Shown here piece after piece: positions 1-13,759 of a stretch of 64,000 nucleotides of DNA. Numbering within the stretch: position 1 is the stretch's first letter; each line of letters opens with the position of its first letter. The DNA lies in NCBI RefSeq assembly GCF_018977255.1, contig NW_024704773.1:806001-870000 (forward strand), read 5' to 3'. Position numbers and translations under genes: made by a program. Source of the DNA: Callorhinchus milii (taxonomy: Eukaryota). The notes beneath the pieces were generated by a model that saw only the letters and a list, made by a program, of their open reading frames with translations, did no database searches and was not told the origin of the DNA.

Positions 1-294
1 GGGTAGTGTTGGACAAGCGGCAGGATAGCTTGTCAGACAATGCTTTCTATGACAAGCTATGCAGTTTTAGCTGGTAGACTCTTAATGCTATACACAAACA
101 TAAGGAATACTATCATTATTAAACTGCAGTAATCCATATGTTGTTTCATATTGCAAAACTTTATTCTTACTTTGAGTTCATGGAAGGCTACAAAATGCTG
201 TTGGAGTTGACATTGAAGTAAAATTTGCAATGTTTTTAAAGTCTTCACTGTGATAATTAACGCTGTGTGAATTAATGATTTTTTTAGTGTTTGA

Positions 295-471
295 TCTCTC
301 GTCTGTTCCTGACCATGCCATCGGCCACCCCCCTTCCCCTCCCCTCCCTTCTCCCCCAAACCCCCCTCCCCGACCCCAGCTTGAGTCTGAAATGCTGTAC
401 ACTGCCCAGCGCCTTGGGACGTCCTCCCGACATGAAAGGCGCTATACAAATGTAATCTTGTTGTTGTTGTT
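295..471 (+). mobile_element. L2-clade LINE 3' terminus
   Basis: gaccatgccatcggccacccccctt...gcgccttgggacgtcctcccgacatgaaaggcgctatacaaatg followed by a (ttg)n tail; closely similar to 57215-57370. Confidence 0.85.
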
Positions 472-2164
472 GATAGGCCAGCGCTCGCCATGATCACTAC
501 TATTATTTTTTGTATAGCTTCTGCAAGGAGAAATTATCCTTTTAACTCCCAGAGGCTCAATCCTCTCCTTCGAGTCTTCTTTCAGTCATGTTAGCCCTAC
601 TGATTGTTGAATGTTATTTCTAGCCAGTAGCTATCATTGGAAAAATAAATCAATCCTCTCACCTTTAGCAGTAGGTCAATGCAGAGAGTCTTAAAACGCA
701 CACCATCTTTCTTACAACTTCACTGCCTGTGAGTCTGGTCTCCTTTTTTTTGTTTTCCCATTTGCTTTCTGTAGGGAAAAATATACCGGACAAAACATGC
801 TTAATAGTTAAAAAACATGGATTTAATAAAATGAAACAAAGCAGAATTCTGATATCATTCTGTTCCAAGATGTAGGTCTATCAATGGCCTATCACTAAAA
901 CTAGGCTTCTTTTTGTTACATAACAGGAAATCTCATTAGAAACATGTAACACTTAGGTCAGCACATGATAAGACTTGAAAGAATGCTCACAACATTGAAA
1001 ATTGGCCTGGAGAAGTTAGTGGCACTGTCAGTAAGATTAATAAATAATCCTTGCATTAGATATAGTATCTTATCAGATCGTCAAGACATCTCAAAGCATT
1101 TAACAGAATATACTGCAAGCTAAATTTACTGTATATTTTACGGGCAAAACAGAGCAGCCAATTGCGCACAGCAGTGTCCCACAAACAGTCATGGATTGAC
1201 CAATTTTTTTTGAGGGATTATTACCCCCGGTTAGTGATCCGCCATTAAATGAAAATTGGGAAAGTGTAGATTTCATAACAGACACAGTGAGATTTCCCTG
1301 CATGCATGGAACTCTCAGCAATTGGCTTCAGATACTCTTAAACGTGCTGGTGGATTTCTGCGTTGGATGGTAATTTTTCTTGATTTTGCTTTGTTCCTTG
1401 GATACAGTAGATGCTGCTGGTTTTTCAACGAATATTTCACTTCTTCCAGTCACTCTTCTGATTGACTTCACAATGTGATATATAATGATTGCAGAAAATT
1501 ACAAAAGCATGACTCTGCTCTGAGTACTTCAAAAGATATTTAGGATTGACTCTGTAACTCTAGGTTTCTATTTACACTATTTTAAGCATCTTGATCTCTC
1601 CAATTTTATGTAATTTCAATGTACGGTTCGAAATAACTGACCTGAATAATCAACCTTGAGTTCCTATAAATTACTGAGATGTGGCAATAAGTTTACTGCA
1701 CTCGTCTAAGTTGAGAGCTGCCTCTCAGCACTATGGGTGGGACTTGGTGCAAAGGCTTCAGTCCTACTGGCAGTGCCCTGTGGTCCCAGGGGTGCCTACC
1801 TGGTTGATCGAGTGCTGGAATGGTAATCAAATCCAACAACATTTGTAAAATTTTGTTTTTAGAAGTTTTAAAGATGACAAGTGAAGTTGGTGGTGACCTG
1901 ATGACCCTGAAGTCGGCCATTTTTATTCTAGCCTTGGAAGCTAAAGACGTCACTTCCTGTTTTATTCCCATGCAGCAAGACAGGACGTAGTGTCAACAAG
2001 TGACATAATGAACTGGAAGTCTGCCATTTTAGCATGAATAGTCAGCTAGTATGCAGGCAGTGAGTGGGCTGGCTGCAAACATGCCCAATGAATGGGCGTC
2101 CCCATTCAAGGCTACAATATTTTCATTCAAATGCAATTGTTTGCAATAATTTGGTTGTTATAAT

Positions 2165-2565
2165 AATTTCTGCATTTGAAATAACGCTTATAATAACACA
2201 GTGTACTTCAGAGGTAATTGTTGTTTAAGTGAATTTGTAGACAAACGTAACATCCAATTTGCACACAGCAATCTCCAACAAAATAGCCTTGAATGGTCAA
2301 TTTATCTGGGAGATTGTTAATCAGGACACCGAGAGACACTCCCTTGCCTTTTCGAGTAGTGTCAAGGGATCTTTAACTTCCACCTGAGCGAACAGAAGGG
2401 TCTTTGGTTTAACATCTCACCCAAAGGATAACATCTGCCATTGGGGTGGAGTGGCAGCCTAGATTGTGAAGTCAAAATCCTGAAGTGGAATTTGAACACT
2501 TTTTTAATCAATCCCACGACATTCTGACTCAGAGGCAAGTGTGCTACCAAATGAGCCATGCGACA
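2165..2565 (-). mobile_element. Old tRNA-headed DeuSINE (SacSINE1/AmnSINE1-type central domain)
   Basis: Reverse complement of the head ggctca.ttggtagcac..gcctctgagtcagaa and of the Deu core ttaaaccaa..cc...caggtgga..ttaaagatccc. Confidence 0.7.
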
Positions 2566-4931
2566 TACACTTCACATGATCCATTTTTCAGCTCTATAAA
2601 TCAGCAACAAGCTTTCCAGAGGCCGATTTTCTCCCAACGTATTAATTCTGGAATTGCCTTTGAGTCACTTAGTTCTGACATTTAACACTGTGTTTCTGAT
2701 GGTCAGAACAGAATTCCTACTGTTCACATATCAGAACAAATCAAACTGTAGCTGGGATAAATTATGGGTGCTCGTTAAAACTGCAAAAGAAGAAGTGGCG
2801 TTGGTTTTATGAACTGAATGTAATATTAGCCATAAAAATAGCTTAACCCAGAGCATTCAGACACAGATTGTTGTTAGGCTCAAATCAATAGGTCTTTCCA
2901 GCATTGCTATATTATTCAGCTCCTCATCAGGCAAACGTGTCCTGGTTAAAATCAACCAGACAGCGGTCAGCCGTATTATTCTGTCTACATGTTGACCTTA
3001 TATCGTATGGGAGAGGAGGGGGGGGGGGTGGGGGGTGGTCTCAAGCACCAAATTCTTCCCGCTATCTCAGCCTGAAAGAACATTTTGTCTTAAAACTTTA
3101 AATTGCCCCAAACTGTGGAAAATTCTTAGATTTAGTCTTAAATCGGAAGACGGTTTTCCTCATTTCTTAAAGTGACCTTTCTTAAAGAGAGATTTTTTAA
3201 AAAGGCTGTGTGTTCATCAATGTTTAAAAATATTACAGATTTGCAGGCTAAGACTATGCAGAATTTTAGGGTTCAGATGATGTGTGGATAGCTTTATCAG
3301 TTGCAGGGATAATCAAGTACTCTTCCGTACACATGTTACAATAGGAGGGTTGTATTGGTAATGATTACATTGCAAAATCCTTGAATGCAGCAGGCAAGTT
3401 GCATTCTGATCCATCTGCTCCTTCTCTGGAGTCATCCCTTGAGTTAAGTGAAGTGAGCACTATACCAATGCCAGTGACAGCAGGCACTTGTGCAGTGCTG
3501 CTAGAATCAATGAAGGTCTGACTCTCAAGTCGGAGCCTTCAACTCAGCAATTTTACTTAGAATCAAGTGAGCAGAGATTTCAATGTTACCTCTGTTTGTT
3601 GAGTTAAGCCAGTAACCCAAGAGTCAACATTAAAAAGTTCAGGAGACTGTGCAAGGATTACTTGCAAGACAACAAACCCACACAAGCAATGATTTCAATC
3701 AAATTAGTTCTTTACAACAACAACAAATTACACTTGTATAGAACCTGTCACATCAGGAGGACATCCTGAGGTGCTGGATGGTATAAATTTACTGAGAATA
3801 AATGGAATCAAACGTACATAATAAAATCTCAATCAAAGTACAGCCAAGTATAGTAGCAACAATTCTATACTATGATAGTATAATAAAGTAGCAACTAACA
3901 TAACGATGGGAATGATCAGTTACCTTCTCTGGGAAGATTTGACACTAAGACTGTAATCCTAGCTTCCCTCCAGACTCTCGTTCACCAAAATTATCTAAAC
4001 TTCCATCTTTTATACCACAAAGTCAGTCCCTTGCAGGAAAAAACAGAGTTCAACGGTTGTTTTGCCCAATCACAGTTCAAAGTTGAATTGTCCAATCATA
4101 TTTTGGAACTGTTCTGACTGATTGACTTATTACACCTTGATCATTTGTGTTCTCATCAAGGAAGAATGTGGTCCAAGGATCTATCTCCTTATTGTATCCT
4201 GGCCCTTTGACAACTCTTTTCTCAACACATAATCGCTTGCTCAGAGTGATTTGGGATGATTTTGAAGAAGTTGGTGGGGAAGGGAGGACAGGGGATGCAC
4301 AAGTTGCCAGACAGGGAGAGGGCAGACTTGTTTTGCAATGTGACAATATCATCGGTAACAATTATCACATCACAAGTCACATTTTTCATCCCCTATGTTT
4401 CTGAGGCAAATTGGTTTGCTGTCTTGTATTGGAGCAATCTGTGTTTTTGTTTTTCATTCATGGTTAATAATCCTTTCCAATTTCAGCTGGTGATGGAGCT
4501 TAGGTCAATGAGATAACCACAAAAGCAGATTGCATTAAAAAGCTCATGATAATAACTTCAGCCAAACGATCTGTAGGATCTTTAGTGCACTAGATTGCAA
4601 GACTGGCATAGCAAATTGAATGCTTCAATAGTCGTCATAAATATCAGGCTACAATACCGAAAGAATTTTGACCCTCATTTAATTATCGAGCGGTAGATGT
4701 TATCGCAATCAGTACAGTTTTTTGATCCATGGCCTTTCATTTACATTCCCTTTTCAGGAAATATCAGTCCCCATTTCTGCTGGGGCCACAAAAACAATTA
4801 CTCAGTCATTGTGAATGATGGAAAGTATACCTTGACTTAGTCAGCGTGTGATTGTGTTCCACTTGCTCTGAATGCTGAATAAATCAGAGCTGCATTTTGA
4901 ACTCACTAACTTTTGCTCACTGCTTTTGTAG

Positions 4932-5072
4932 GCGGATGTCCACCCTCCGTGTGATGAAGATCGACCACTTAGCTTGGCGTGGCCTGATACAAATCGCAAG
5001 AGACTCGCCTATCTGTTTGTCCTTCCCCTTATCGTTCCAATGTGGCTCACCCTGCCTGATGTCAGAAAACCA
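4932..5072 (+). CDS. SLC24A2: SLC24A2/NCKX2 internal coding exon (end of cytoplasmic loop)
   Basis: ttttgtag|GCG...CCA|gtgagt; 141 nt, phase 0-0; translates ADVHPPCDEDRPLSLAWPDTNRKRLAYLFVLPLIVPMWLTLPDVRKP, matching NCKX2 PLSLAWP...LWITLPDVRKP. Confidence 0.95.
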
Positions 5073-5248
5073 GTGAGTAGCTGAAAATTTAATTTACTGC
5101 TCTTCATATCTTTTTCTCTCTCTCTCGTTCTTTAGATTATTTGCTTATTAACTTTTGATCCTGTTGTATCATGTCACCACATTTGTAAAACACTGTGCAC
5201 TATGATCCTTGTGATACTATAAATACAGTAGTGATACTTTTAGATAAA

Positions 5249-5815
5249 TGTCAGCTTGGCTCAAGTGGTAGAACTCTTGCCTCTGAGTCAGAAGGTTGTG
5301 GGTTCCAGCCCCACATCAGCACTTGGAACTGATATAGTCCAAACTAAAATTGATCCTTCACTTGATGGCTATTTGTGGAACATTGCTGTGTGAAACTTGG
5401 CTGGAGTGTTTGCCCATAAAACACACAGCCACTGTATATATATACACTGTATACAATATATCCTGTGAAGCGCTTTGGGAAATCCAGTCCAGACTAGCAT
5501 TGCAATGAAGCTTGAGAGAGTACCTCATTGATGGATGTGCCGACCTTTGGATGAGATGTTGTACAGAGAACCTGTTTGAGTGGACATTAGAGATTCTGTG
5601 ATATTATTTGAAAAGTTAAGGGAATTTCTTCCAGTGTTCTAATAAAAAAAGTCCATTTACTTCATGGTTTTTTGTGCAGCATTGTTGTGCATAAGTTGGA
5701 CGCTGCATTTGCCTATGAATATACAGCCATTTTACAGTATAAACTCTGTGAAGTGCTTTGAGATTATACAACATTATAGGCACTATACAAACTATATCAA
5801 ATGTTACGATCATTA
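5249..5815 (+). mobile_element. DeuSINE copy or copies, rearranged
   Basis: Head tgtcagcttggctcaagtggtagaactcttgcctctgagtcagaagg; Deu core at ~5530-5640; two L2-like tails. Confidence 0.7.
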
Positions 5816-8800
5816 TTATTGAATCAGATGGATGACAATCCTACATATCCTCTGCTTAAAGTTTGAAACAGCGACAATTATTTTCTTCGACCCAAGTCAC
5901 TGCTTGAGGGGCAGATGAAGTTTAGATAGGGGAATTTATGACCCATCTGAAAGCTTTGTTTTTAACATGCTGATGAAGCGAATGGTGCAACTGCAGGGCA
6001 GAACTGTACTTGTGTTCAAGTAAACAATATAATACTAGCATTTGATATAGCGCTTCATCATATATTTGAGACGTCTCAAAGCACTTCACAGACTAAACTG
6101 TAAAATGAATTGACTGTACATTTTGTGGGCAAAATGTAGCAGTCAATTACACACAGCAGTGTCCCACAACAGTCGTGGATTGAGTGACCGCATTTTTTTT
6201 CACTTTTATTCTGATTTCCCCTATTGAAACGTACTAAAAATAAAACTACATAATTTTATTACTTATCTTAAAGCAAATAAACCTTCCTTCATACTTATTG
6301 AATATTAAGCAGTTATGGTATTTGCTGGTTTTAATACTTTTAAGGCACTTCAAGGTTTGTTTTATATAAATGAAAAAACCATCCATGGAGAGACTTTAAA
6401 CCATATCAGGAGCATCAAGGAGTGCAAGGGGGACCAACAACAACAATAACATTCCTTTATTACAGTTTTTTCCACTGGATGAGCTCAGGGAGAGCATCAA
6501 GTAAGCTCGTGCTCTTCAGAAAAGAGATGTCTCACAAGGGACCTTACAGGAGTATATAAAGTGCTAATTGGGATATAGAAAGTAAATCTAGAAAAATACT
6601 TCCAGATGCACTGAGGTAGCTGGACAAGAGGGACAGCAATAATAACAACAATCCTAATATTTGATGTAGCTCTTATCACATCAGGAGGATCTGCCAAATC
6701 ACTTCACAGAATACATTGTAAATTGTGTAATGACTGTATAGTTTGTAGGTGAACATATACCTGAACAAGGCAGATGGGACCTTGGTTTAACATTTCATCC
6801 AAATGACAGCACCTTCAGCAATGCATCACACCCACAGCACTGCATTGCAGTGTCTGTCTAGACTATGTGAGTTCAGAATCATGACATGAGTTTGAACCCA
6901 CAACCTTCTGACTTAAGAAGAGTGAGTGCTATCAACTGAGTCGGGAAAATACAGAGGTGATGAAGGACAATTTCACAAAGAATTTGTTTACACAAGATAA
7001 TCACAAACTGAAACAAGTTACCAGCAAATCAGCCAGTATTTAGAGAGTTACATCATGTATTTTCACTTGCCACTTGCCTTTTCATGGTCACCACTTTTAT
7101 CCAATCTCATTAGGGTTTTACTGTTGCTGACCATGCCTCACAAACTGAATGCTGGAGAATGACTGGGCAATGCTATCACTCAATCAGAGAGCCTTATTAC
7201 CTTTCCAAATGCTATCTGTGTAAAATGATCAATTTATATACATTCTTGAGTGCACATGATGTTTTACGGATCTCGTAAATGCAAATGGTACTTTGGAATC
7301 TTCAGTTATTTTTTTTGCCACCAAAATGTGGGAACTTTAAATATTGAACCACTTATGGTGCCAAATGGGAGCTGAATTATGGATTAAATTGTCTCCCCAA
7401 TTTCCTCCTGTAAGTGTACTGTAAGATTTGCACATAATGTGCTCCCTTGAGAATCTTAGAGCACCACTTTAAGCTCAGCCTAATGAAAGGAGAAGCACAC
7501 ACAAAACAGAATTGCTGTTGGAAAGCAGAGCTGAATGGTAAATGTAGGGAAAGTATTTGAAAGTATTTCAAAATAAATAATTTACGATGCTCGCTGATCG
7601 TAGCAGATTGAAAAAGTATAAAGGTTCTGTCCCCGCGGTTTTAGTAGGTCTTGTGTATCTTTTAAACATGTGTTGTAAATATATTTATATTCCAAAACTA
7701 ACCAACAATACTGGTTGCCTACATTTATGCTACTTTAAGCCATGTTCAATGTTCTGCAGTATGTATTCACCACAGCATTTAAAATGCAACCTTGCATTAC
7801 CACAAGAGGGTGTTATTATAGCCCTATTAATAATTTGTTTCCTTTCCATCTTATTGAAGACTGTGACTAAAAGGATCCCTGCATTCAGCAGCGACATTGC
7901 AATTTAAACATCTTTTCCAATGGGGAAAGAGCTGTCTAATGCAGGACTAAGGCACAGAGAGGATGACGGTTGCAGGTTGTCCCAAGTTGGTTGTTGTGAG
8001 CTAGGGCAGTGATATTGATGTCACAATTTCCTAAACACCCCATTGTAAAATTGTAGGCCTTGAAGCTTAGGAGGAGACCATTCAGCAGAATGAGCCTTTG
8101 ATAATGTCTCCGATCCCTGCTCTTTTTCCTGTATCCTCTTATATCATTCCTCAAAATATTTATCCCTTTATTCTGTCATCACAGTTTAGTTAAATTGCCT
8201 CCCATACTATTAAACTTCTGTAAACTTTAATAGCGTCACATGGAGAATGACAACTGTGTGCTAGATTTGATCTGTCTCTGGCACTGTGCTATATTTCACT
8301 CTGCACGTATTTCTGTTTTGGAAAAGCTTCTTATATCACTCTCAGTTTTTAAATTATTCATTTTAGAATGAGAGAGGTTGTTGCTTTAAAGCAGCAGTGG
8401 GCTGGCCTTAGGTTATTTCTCACTCGTCAGTGGATTGTTGCTTGTTTCTCCTCAGTTGCCTCTGGGTATTCTTTCACACCTGACTTTGATTCTCCAGTTT
8501 TCCTGACTTGTTTTACCTCACAATGTAGTTGCATTGCTCCACTGTACTGCACTCAACATTAAAACAGATGAAATGTCAACAGGCTCCTCTCTGGAAGGAG
8601 TCCTCTATGTAGCTGGGTTAACAAAAACTGTGACCTCAATATAGTTTGAACATAGAAAATAGGAACAGGTAGAAACTGTTCAGCCCACCGAGCCTGTTCC
8701 ACCCATCTATTAGATATTGGCAGATCTTTTAATACAACAACAACTTGAACTTATACAGCGCCCTCCACGCAGGGTAGTGTCTCAGAGAGCTTATATACAT

Positions 8801-10974
8801 CCACTGACTAACCTAAGAGAATTATTGTGAAGCACCATATAGAGCAAAGAGAAGCCAGCCTTCCCAATATGTCTTCATTTTCTGAATTTCACAGTAAAGT
8901 TTCTGTTTAAGAGTCAGCCATGTCTATTTTTCCGTTGTAGTTTGGCCACAGTGGGATACCTCCATAGCTATCCCAGTTTTAAATATGTTGCATGTATTTA
9001 ATTGTCTAGCAAATGATGTCTCAAATCTAGAAGCACCATTTTAAGGTGTTTTTAGAGGTACCACCTGGACTAAGCTGATACCCTATTTTTAGATGGTAAA
9101 ATCCATGACCCGAGTGTAGTGATCTTCAGGTTTCCAATTTCTAGCCAAAATGGTGTTGATAACTGATTTGTTTCCACTGCTATGAGGCCATGGAGAAAAT
9201 GAACAAGATAATTCACTTTAGGATAATTGCCTTCAGTGAACGGGTGCAACAATGCCAGGGACAAATTGGCTGTCAGTTCGCCTACAAATGCACGTCACAA
9301 CATTCCACAGAAATGCTTTGAGGGTGTCGAGGTGATGAGGCATTATATCAAGTGTAAGGATTTATTAAATCTAGACCCGGGAGGAATTTCTCCTCAAATA
9401 AATCAAAGCTCTGTAAAACGACCAAGACTCTAACTGCTTCACTGTGCTGAATGGCACCCAAGCTGGGAGTGGGAAGATTAAAGATGTCCAAAAGCACAGT
9501 CAAAGATGTATGATTTGAGGTGTGCCTTGAAAGAGGGGAGGGAGCGAGAGACTTGGAGGGACTCCAGGATCTAATATCAACTTACAATTTTTAAAGGCTA
9601 TTTATTGAGAAGATGAAGCCAAAGTTTACTTAAAAATTTATCAAACCTTACACTGCAAGTGGTTGGATTATCCCACTACCAAAACAAGAAAGATTGGTTG
9701 GAAAGTTGGATTTAGTATCTTCAACTGAGAGACCTAGAAAGTGACATCAAACTTGATTCCTCCCAATGTGAGCTTCTTCTCACTTTGAGCATAAAGTGGC
9801 GTACTGTTGTTGCGAAGCCAGTCTCACAGGGTTTGCTGCTCATTAGAAGCTGTTAACGAGATCTATCGAATGCTCTGGCAAATGTGCCTAGAATTGATAT
9901 TCTTCAGGGTCTGCCATTGAGGTTAATTCTGGACATCCCTCACAATATCACATTGCTCCAGCTGGCTGTTGTTTACTAGATGCATCTGATGTTGGAACTC
10001 TGCAGTGGGTGGAATAATAAAGCTTTTTATCTCATTATTGAGCTCATTCAGGAGATTAAATATGACCAGCAGAGTCTATTACAGAGCACATTCTACATGA
10101 TCTACGGAATTTAAAAACTGTCAGATTAACTCAGCGAGTAGCACACTGGTCTCTATGTCAGGAGCTTGTGGTTTCAAGCCCCTGTCGATCATCATCCAGG
10201 CTGCATTGTTGGAGATGCAGTTTTTTGGATGAGGTGTTAAACTGAGACCTTGCCTGATGATTCATCTGGTGAAGATTAACGAAACGTTTCTCCTGATGTC
10301 CTAACCACCAATCCACCAGATTAAATGGTTTTTACCTCATGGCAATTTGCCAAACCTTGCTGGTGCAATGGCTGCTGTGTTTGCCTATCAAAACAGCCAG
10401 TTGATAGTAAATACTTGGGAGAAGTTTTAACATGATTATATAAATAATAATAATTCTTGCATTCTTGCACCTTATCACGTCTTTGAGATGTCTCAAAGCG
10501 CTTCACAGAATATACTGTAAATGGAAATTCTTGAGGAGTTACATAAAGGCACTTTTTTCTTTCTTTCAAGCCTCATTAGCTAAGTTTATAAGAAACAATT
10601 TGCATTTGACTCAATGGGGTGATGTCTACAACACTCTGAAGCTATGTGTAAGATTGTGAGTTCAACCCCAGCATTTGTCAAAATTTGTCCTGCACTTCAT
10701 GGCTGTTTGTGGAGCATTGCTGTGTACAAATTGGCTGCTGCGTTTGCCTGCAAAAGCACTCACTCTACTTTACAGTATATCATGTGAAGTACTTTGGGAT
10801 GTCCTCCTGACATGAAAGGTGCTATACCAAATGTAGGGAATGTTGTTCTAATTCTGCCTAGCCTTCAAGATTCCTTGTAAAGTTACTTTTGGGCCTCAGA
10901 GAAAACATTTTTTTCACCTCTTTGGCAGATCAAGCTCAGGAAACATATTAAACAAAACAAAATTCAAAAGATGC

Positions 10975-11235
10975 CCTCTTATGAATAAAAGTTGTGTTGA
11001 TAAGAAAGTACAAGCATAAAAATGGCATCAGGCTAGGTGGAAGAGAACAATTCTTTAGTCAGATGGTAATTAACAATTGGTACAGGTTGCCAGGAAGGGT
11101 GGCTGAGGCTGGAACACTGGACTCATTTAAAAAAGCAGCTTGCTGCTGTGATGAGAGGACCCTAGGTTGGGTGTTCTGGAGGAATCAGATGGCCACAGAG
11201 CTTTTTTCATCCAAATCAATTTTGTGATCTTATGA
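10975..11235 (+). mobile_element. CR1-clade LINE 3' fragment
   Basis: Encodes the typical CR1 ORF2 C-terminus FFSQMVINNWYRLPGRVAEAGTLDSFKK; ends tttgtgatcttatga. Confidence 0.8.
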
Positions 11236-11829
11236 ATTCCGCTTACCTGAAGAGAGAAAGAAATCCCTTCATAAGAAATTCATAAGAAATCCCAATATTT
11301 GTTCTGATAGTCTCAGAGCTCTCTTATCATCATAGCTTCCAAACTAGCACAGTCAAATATTATATAGCTTTAGGGACTTCTACAGTACATCTCCAAATTG
11401 CAAGAAATTGTTTTACATGCTAAAATGCTTGAACTAGAAGTTAAAGGACAAAAGCCATTGACTCTCCAATATGTAGGAACTAAATAGAGCAGAAGTCCTT
11501 AAACTATGTCAATGCTATTCGCAGGATGTGTGTGTCAATTTTATGCATCTGATTTGTGTGCTGAAATACTGAACTTTTTGTTCCAATAATGTAACACAAA
11601 CAATTCGACTGGAATTTGCTTGCCTTACAACCAGAAGCACCTCTTTGATGTCAGATTCTTTAAGTGCATTTCATATCATTAGGCAGTACAGTTAACATGT
11701 AGGTGGAAAAGAAATCCATTTAGGACTCCATTAGGAATAAAACAAATAATGTTTTAAGAAAAAGAAAGTGTCAAAACGATAAATTAGTACACGTGAAATG
11801 AGCTGAATATTTTAGTTATAATAAAAATA

Positions 11830-12170
11830 ACAGTCCTAGCATTTGATATAGTATCTATAATGTTAAAACATCTCAAAGTATTTCCCAGATAATTGCTGTA
11901 AAGTGAAGTGACTGTGTATTTGTAGGTGAACACATCAACCAATTTGCACACAGCAGTATTGCATGAACATCTATGATGTGAATGATCACTTTATCTAGAA
12001 AGATGGCCTTGGTTTAAATGCCTCATCCAAAAGATTGCACTTCTGACAATGAAATGCTCTCCCACCAATGTACTGGAATCCCAGCCAAGACTGTGAGCTC
12101 AAAGTCCTGGTTTGGGACTCCTGAACACAAACCCTTCTGACTCAGAGAGATGAGAGCTACTAACTATTGT
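11830..12170 (-). mobile_element. DeuSINE, degraded
   Basis: Tail, partial Deu core and head (ccttctgactcagagagatgagagctactaact) in reverse orientation. Confidence 0.65.
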
Positions 12171-13669
12171 TTAATAGAGAGTTGAGGTGGGGGGGAGGGG
12201 GTTCCAGTCCTGTCTTCTCCCATCAATGGCCTAACAGGTCTTCTCCTGTCAAATGCTCTGACTTTTAAAGATGATCTACCGCCATTTTTCTCATTTGAGG
12301 TGAGAGATTTTTGGATTTGCATTTCTCGCCTCTCAGTTTTAGGTGTGAGGTTTTATTTGGTTTAATAGTTATTTTCTGTGCTCCACCTTTTGAAGGGCTG
12401 CAAAGTTCACACTCCTCAGCCCAGAAATGTTATTTTCCTGCTTGAGGTGAGGGTCTTGTGCCTAATGTATGGTCAAAAAATATAAAAACAGAATTATTTT
12501 ACCTCAAAATGAAAACCAAATGTCAGTAGATCGATTTTGAATGTCAAAGCACTTGAGATGAGGGAGGCAGGGAGGGAGGGCCTTGGTCATTTCTTTAGCT
12601 GAATTCCCACTTTATTGGATTTGGTGAAAAATAAATAGAAAAACTGGAGGAGTAAAAAGCTGTTGTGTTTGTAAAGGCATTCACCTACAAAATACACAGT
12701 CAATCCACTTTGTAATAACAACAACAACTTGTATTTATATAGTGCCCTTCACTCTTTTAGATATCTCAGTGATATGACAATGATATCAAATGCAAGGATT
12801 ATTATTATTATTATTATTATTAAAGGCATTTAAAAACTGCAGCTTGCAATGAATGTGATTATTCAAGAAGAAAAGATTGAGGGGTGTTTTTTTAAGAAAA
12901 GTAATAAGAAGTACAGACAACCATCGGATTCAATAAGATGTTTGACTTCAAGTATGAACACAGAAATCAAGAACATAGTTTTAAGATTAACAGGCCTGAA
13001 GTAAGAGTGGATATTCAGAGTTTCTTCCCACAAAGAAACTAATATTAATACTTGCATCTGATATAGGGCCATCATATCGGGAGGATGTCTCAAAGCGCTT
13101 CACACCATAAAGTATAGTGACTGTGTATTTGTAGAATACAGCAGCCAATCTGCGCATACCAATGTCCTACAAACAGCCATGAAGGGAATGACCAATTTTA
13201 TTTGGAGAATTGTTGGCAAGGCATCTTCTCTTTTTGAAGAATGCTATGGGATCATTAAGAATTGAGAATCCACAAACTTCTGATTTGAATGTGAGTGCTA
13301 CTAACTGAGCCAGGCCTTCAAAAGGTGAATGAGTGTGAGACTGAGACTGAGACTGACTGGATTTTTGTAATGCAGCATTTGCAAATTGCTCTGCTCAGTT
13401 TTTATTTGACAGACAGGTGAAAGTTAAGACAGAAGTTTATAGTCATTAAAAGAAATTGGAATCATTTACTTGATGATTAAATTAATTTATAGCTATTGTA
13501 AAACTGGCTCTGTTTTAAATGTTACAGTTTATCACTGATGACATTTCTCTTTTAACTGGTTGTGAAATATGTTAAGAGTCAATAACATGAGATTTGAGAA
13601 TATTCTAATTCTAGATCCAGATTATAAGCACAGACTGAATGCTGATCCAAACAATACTTTCTATTCCAG

Positions 13670-13759
13670 AAATTGCAAAAGTTTTTTCCAGTTACCTTCT
13701 TTGGCTCAATCTCGTGGATTGCAGTTTTTTCCTACCTCATGGTCTGGTTGGCCCACCAG
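13670..13759 (+). CDS. SLC24A2: SLC24A2/NCKX2 coding exon (transmembrane segment)
   Basis: ttccag|AAA...CAG|gtaagc; 90 nt; KLQKFFPVTFFGSISWIAVFSYLMVWLAHQ. Confidence 0.96.

Noticed and set aside
1-4900. Search for the preceding SLC24A2 loop exon
   Set aside because: No convincing NCKX2-like segment with splice sites; it is probably upstream of the window, though this loop is poorly conserved and could be missed
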